Positions 59,091 through 64,000 of a DNA stretch of 64,000 bases are shown here, one piece after another. The notes below the pieces were generated by a model. That model worked only from the letters and a program-made list of their open reading frames with translations, was not told the origin of the DNA and made no database searches. Position numbers and translations under genes: made by a program. Positions within the stretch are counted from its first letter, which is position 1. Each line of letters opens with the position of its first letter. Source of the stretch: Macrostomum lignano (lineage: Eukaryota); NCBI GenBank assembly GCA_002269645.1, contig NIVC01000301.1:160372-224371 (forward strand), given 5' to 3'.

Positions 59091-60066
59091 CTGGTCAAGT
59101 ATTACGAGCTCGTACAACATATACCTAAAAAATATCGCTTGTCCAGTGAATGTATATGGTCAATCGTGCGCACAAGCTTGTAGCTTGTAGACGAAACCTA
59201 AAAGTGCGTGTGTGCAACGAAAATCGCATACACTTGTAGCTTGTCACTATCAGCTTGTTACTTGTCGCATCACACTAATCAATTCTATGCAACACCCCCA
59301 GAATGTCAAAAGTCGAAAACGAGCAAAACAAAAATAACTCAGTCAGATTAGCGCACCATTCTTTTCTTTCCTCCATGGTCCTCATGCTCAGTAGACCACG
59401 TTCTTTGGCTTCTTGGTGACAGAAAATTATGAGGGAGCTGGTAACAGTCATCTCCAATTACTACTGAGTCTTCATCCGTTACGTTGTTTACCATAAAGAA
59501 TTGCTTTATTCGTTCTTCCATAGGCTTCCCATCTTTCCGGTGAACTATGTCGAACTCTGTCATTTTGCACGTTACCATTGCTCTGTCCTTCGCTTCTTCT
59601 CGTAGATCTCAGAAACGAATACGAAAGGCTTCGCATTTAAGCTTTGTGCTCTTCTGGTTCCTTAGCTTGGAGTCTCGTTTATTTACCCCGCATCTGCGAC
59701 TATATTCTTTTGTATGCGTGTGTCGCAGACACCAAAGAAAGAAATTATATTTGATGCCATCGACTTTTCGCACCTCAAACATGAACGTTTTTAATAGATT
59801 GTTTCTTCACCACGAGAAAGCCAATTGTATCACTACAAGCAAAAGGTTCACTGCTCGAACCACAGGCCCAAACATTTTATGGGCGTGTTCACATAAAAAT
59901 GAGTATTTGGGATAGCAGCATCCAAATTCTCTTGTATATCGTCAGTTGAGAGCTTAGCGAATTGATCACTACTAGCAGCAGGATTCGTTGCAGCGGAATC
60001 TTTATTTTCAAAATATCTTAACACTAGATCTAAGCCGTCTTCCATGGTTAAATGCTCCTTTATCTA

Positions 60067-61103
60067 CGAGGGTTTTCCGGTGAAAAATAGAACAGGTGCT
60101 ACGATTAGGAAACAAAGAAACAACCAGTCACTTTTCAACAGTCACTACCTTCTCCATGCAGCGCTGTCATCTCACCAGCCACTTGATGAAGACCTCAGCG
60201 TACAGGTTTGCGGCCATGGGGTTGGTGACCCCTTCCCATGCATTCTTCACCATCCGAAAGGTGTCAAACCAATGGCATGCAATGTTGCTCTCGACATGCA
60301 GGAACAACCAGAAGTCCGCAGGTGCTGAATCAGGCGAATATGGTAGGTGCGGAACCACTTGAATGCCTCTCCTGGCCAGGAACTCCCTGGTTTTGCTCGA
60401 CACTGGAAGGCGCGGCGCGCATTGGAGGACTTCTGGAAGAGGATGATGGTGGAAACACCCAGCCTGTAAACCAGGTTGGGCCTCTTTTGTCAAATTTTCT
60501 CCCTGAATCGTGCTGGGCCGTGTCAGCACAGAGCAGCAATAGTCCCTGTTAACAGTCTGGCCTTGTCGGACGGAATGATGTAAACAAGGCCGTGCGAGTA
60601 AGAAAACACAATAGCCATTGTTGTTTTTCTGTCGAGGGTACCACCTGGCAGACACATACTAGAATGTCATGGACAGTGGTCTTAAGGATGGCTGATTCTT
60701 CTGCCAGCTCCCTGACAGTAAAGCACCTGTCTTTTGTATTAGCGCGGCCAGAATATGTATACATATGGATGTTCGCGGAAGTCTGGGTATACTTGGGTCC
60801 CGGTTCCTGCCTCAGATCAGAAATCCAACCATCGTGACCAGAACGCAGTTGGTCGAAAATATTATCAACTTGGCCTCGCGACAAGGCTTCATGTTGGTAG
60901 ATATCCAGCAGGTGCCGATTGCATTATTTTGCAGGACGTGCTAGCCTTGAAGAAGTTAACAACGATGTTTCGCTGATTCAGCATTCTCTTGGCTATCATA
61001 AATTCCGTAGGGTGGGGGTATTTTTATTCACTGCATGCAAAGTACATGACTACGAGCGTATATTAAAATAGACTCAGTCCTATTTTTCACTGGAAAACCC
61101 TTG
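60067..61103 (-). mobile_element. Decayed mariner element with TA TSD
   Basis: TIR TAC[G/A]AGGGTTTTCC[G/A]GTGAAAAATAG at both ends; VPHLPYSPDSAPADFWLF, GQTVNRDY, FTVRELAEE. Confidence 0.9.
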
Positions 61104-61689
61104 TATTCATATATATATAGCATGATGCAAGTCTTGTAGTGCCCGCAATTTCAAACATTAGGTCTAGTTGTCCCACAATTGTGCGGGCCGCAATGACTTG
61201 TCAACTTGTTTTATCACTTGTCAACAGCGAATTTGAATTTGAAAAGGAAAAATAATCCTTTTTGAATCATTTAGGAATAGGAACATTTTTTGGTAAAAAT
61301 AGAAGCTGAGTCGCACATCATCCTTTTCAAGCACGGCGATTGGTTTCTCCGTGATAGTTAATGGTGTAACAGCTACAGCCGACGGTACAACGGTTACGGC
61401 TTTTTTGATGAGGAATCACCATCCGACAGGAAATATCCATTTAGAGCGATGCAAAGAGATTCGGAAATGTTTTGCTTCCGCTTCTCAGAAATTCTTCTGC
61501 CATAGCGCTTCACAGATGCCCTGTGAAATGGTGATAAATTTGAAAATCTATCTATGTACCTTGAGATGAGATAATTCTAATATATGCATAACAATACGAC
61601 GATTTGATCTCCTGCAGACTGTGTCCGGCTTCCGTTAGGTAGTTACGACTGTTGCGCGAATTGAAACTGCAGACCAGCACGTTTTGAGA

Positions 61690-62192
61690 TGGTCTTCATC
61701 ATGTCAAATATTGTGTTTTTTTCCATGAACCTGCTTGGGTGAATACCAAATAGCACAATCAGGCCTGACCTTAATTGGCTTCGGAAACAAAACATCAATT
61801 CCTGGTGGAAGCTTTAAGAGGTACAGGTCCACCGCTTCCACTGCACAATTCGGGCTTTGGTTGCTGAATATTCTAATCTACTTGCTTGTCGTGCACTTGC
61901 CACGGTCCTCGGCAGTGATAGTCTTCTCTGGACCAGCTTGGATCATATCAATACACCTTGTACCATTGATCACTGAAAACTTTAGTGACAACACCTTCAT
62001 GCCCCTAATCCATTCACGACCTCGAAATCCGAAATGATAGACAATATTAAAGAATACTTCATCCTGAAGCCGCACTGGATCCCGTCGATTGAAGTATTGC
62101 TTATGAAGAGTCATGTTCAACTCCGTGATCGCTTTGAATCCAGGTTGCTCGCCCGAAGTTCGTTCTCTTAGCTGGCAACTGACTCTTAGCAC
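61690..62192 (-). pseudogene. Second Crypton-type tyrosine recombinase fragment
   Basis: RLQDEVFFNIVYHFGFRGREW, then (after a stop) RIFSNQSPNCAVEAVDLYLLKLP...LFPKP...WYSPKQ. Confidence 0.65.
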
Positions 62193-62289
62193 GCAGCAAT
62201 AGGTTTCATCACTCAGCCTGAATTCTTCGTTGCCAATGACATCAATGGCGCGTGTCTCCTTTACAAATCAGTGAATGCTAGCCTGAAAG

Positions 62290-63130
62290 CTACGAATCGT
62301 ATCTGGTGCATGGGCTCCACGCGAAGTCTCTGGACCTTTGGCTGACATCGCGCAGCACCCTGGCAGTCTGGCTGAAGCCTTTGATGAACGGACGGTAAAA
62401 TCCTAGCATCCCGAAAAAACGTTTCACGTCCTCTGCTATCGCTGGACTGGGCATGTTGTGGATAGCATCGATCTTTCCAGGATCAGGCGCGATGCCCTGC
62501 TCGCTAACCAGGTGTCCGAGGTACAGCACTTGGCGGTGTGCGAAGGCGCTTTTCGCTCGATGCAGCTTGAGCCCCGCGTCTCGCAGCCGCTGGAAGACCT
62601 GCGTCAGCTTCATCAGGTGTTCGTCAAACGTCCTGCTGAAGACAATGATGTCGTCGATGTAGGTCAGCACCGCCTCCCAGGACAGACCGGAAATCACCAA
62701 CTCCATGAGCCGCTGGAACGTCGCCGGGGCGTTGCACATCCCAAAGCCCATCTTACAGAACTGCATCAGACTGCGAGTCGAGTAGAATGCTGTCTTGTGC
62801 CGGTCCTCCTCCACAACTTCCACCTGGTGGTAGCCTTGCCGGCAGTCAATAGTGGAGAACCCAAAGCACCCGACGAGCGCGTCCATGGCCTGCTGCTGTT
62901 GCAGGTGCGGCAGCGGGTACGCGTCCTTGACCGTGCAGGCGTTCAGCTGCCGCCAGTCCGTGCAGACCCTGATGTCGCCGTTCTTCTTGCGCACCACCAG
63001 CACAGTAAAGTTGTGCCGCACTCGGATATCCTTGCCGACTGAAACTTCTGCCGCCGTCAGGCCAAGACAGCTCAGCCTGGAGCCGTCCACGGAGATCGGC
63101 AAGGCGAGTTCTGCAGTTCAACCTAGCTAG
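62290..63130 (-). mobile_element. Gypsy reverse transcriptase fragment
   Basis: KKNGDIRVCTDWRQLN, GYHQV, GFGMCNAPATFQR, YIDDIIVFS, YLGHLVS. Confidence 0.9.
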
Positions 63131-63139
63131 GATCCAGTA

Positions 63140-63560
63140 ACGCATTCATGTTGGTGGCTAGCTCTGCCCTGATGGTTGCCTTCCATGCTGAAATTGCGTA
63201 TTCGGCTGGCGTGAGAAACGGGCTGTTGGAGGCAAGCGCCTCATTTCGACGACGCCAGGTAGTTCTTGGTCTTCCCCGTCATTTTGATTGCTCACATTGT
63301 CAAACACTATATAGGCCGGCTCGTTGATATCTTGCTGCATGTTTCCAATTAAAATGTTTAGGAACTCAGCAAACCGTTCTTTCATTATGCCGGTCGGGTA
63401 GCTTTGGAAGTGAATTGCTCCGACGGCCGAAGAAATTGCATTGCAGACTGTCAACCACGATCCCTTCGATCCAGTGACACGTCGATAGGCCCTTGACTTG
63501 CTGAGCTCTGCTAAATAATCTTATCGTTCAGCACTCGAAACCGAACTCATCTACATAGAC
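63140..63560 (-). mobile_element. IS630/Tc1-like DDE_3 transposase remnant
   Basis: VYVDEFGF, TVCNAIS, IVFDNVS, LPP-YSPFLTPAE..SAWK across frameshifts. Confidence 0.7.
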
Positions 63561-64000
63561 CCTAGGGCGATTCATGACCTCAGTGGAACACCACCACTCG
63601 CAGTAGGCTCAATGCTGCGGGAGATTCTCTGATGAGTTCCGCTTCACAGGCAAGTTTCTAACCAACTTTGTTGTGTAGAGTTCAGCCCGTCGAGATGACG
63701 ACTAATGGTTGTAGCAGGGACAGCTAGAAAAGGGAGACGGGAAATGCCTCAATTCATGCAGAAAAAAATTGAATGCTTGATTCATTTCTACGTGCCTATG
63801 ACTTTTTAGTGCTTTTCTTGTGGGCTATAAAATGCCCTCGCGAATGCGAAAGTGTTGTTTAGGAAAATGGAAACACTTGCAGACTGACAAGGGAACGGGC
63901 TATCTTTCTGTAAAGTCTTATTCAAAGGAACCTCTGTATATATTGAACAGGAGATACAATACAAATACCGTATTGTTATTACAACACGTGAAGCAAAATG

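Noticed and set aside
47850-59377. One 11.5-kb CATGG-family element enclosing the Harbinger stack
   Set aside because: The flanking 8-mers differ (GTATCTAC vs GTCCTCAT), and the left arm appears to lie within a separate small inverted-repeat element.

Overview
Eukaryotic (animal) genomic DNA with spliceosomal introns, GC-rich exons and many minisatellites and transposons. The style suggests a free-living flatworm such as Macrostomum, but that is an unchecked inference. Layout: (1) a two-pore K+ channel gene (1.1-4.4 kb). (2) A ~9 kb tandem segmental duplication (5658-14760 and 17339-26147). Each copy carries a secreted fibrinogen-related (FReD) gene and a two-exon gene whose signal-peptide exon, missed by the ORF track, splices onto a ~59% Arg tandem-repeat ORF. 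(3) A third PAN+FReD gene. (4) A signal-peptide CULT (cereblon-like) gene, a divergent translin, TEX47 and DNAI3/WDR63. (5) A transposon-dense 46.5-64 kb block: Harbinger elements stacked end to end at CWG sites, a nested intact piggyBac transposase, Crypton-type recombinase remnants, mariner, Gypsy and IS630/Tc1 fragments. The most striking item is the duplicated, apparently secreted, protamine-like poly-Arg protein. All gene models were assembled by eye from GT-AG sites and reading frame.
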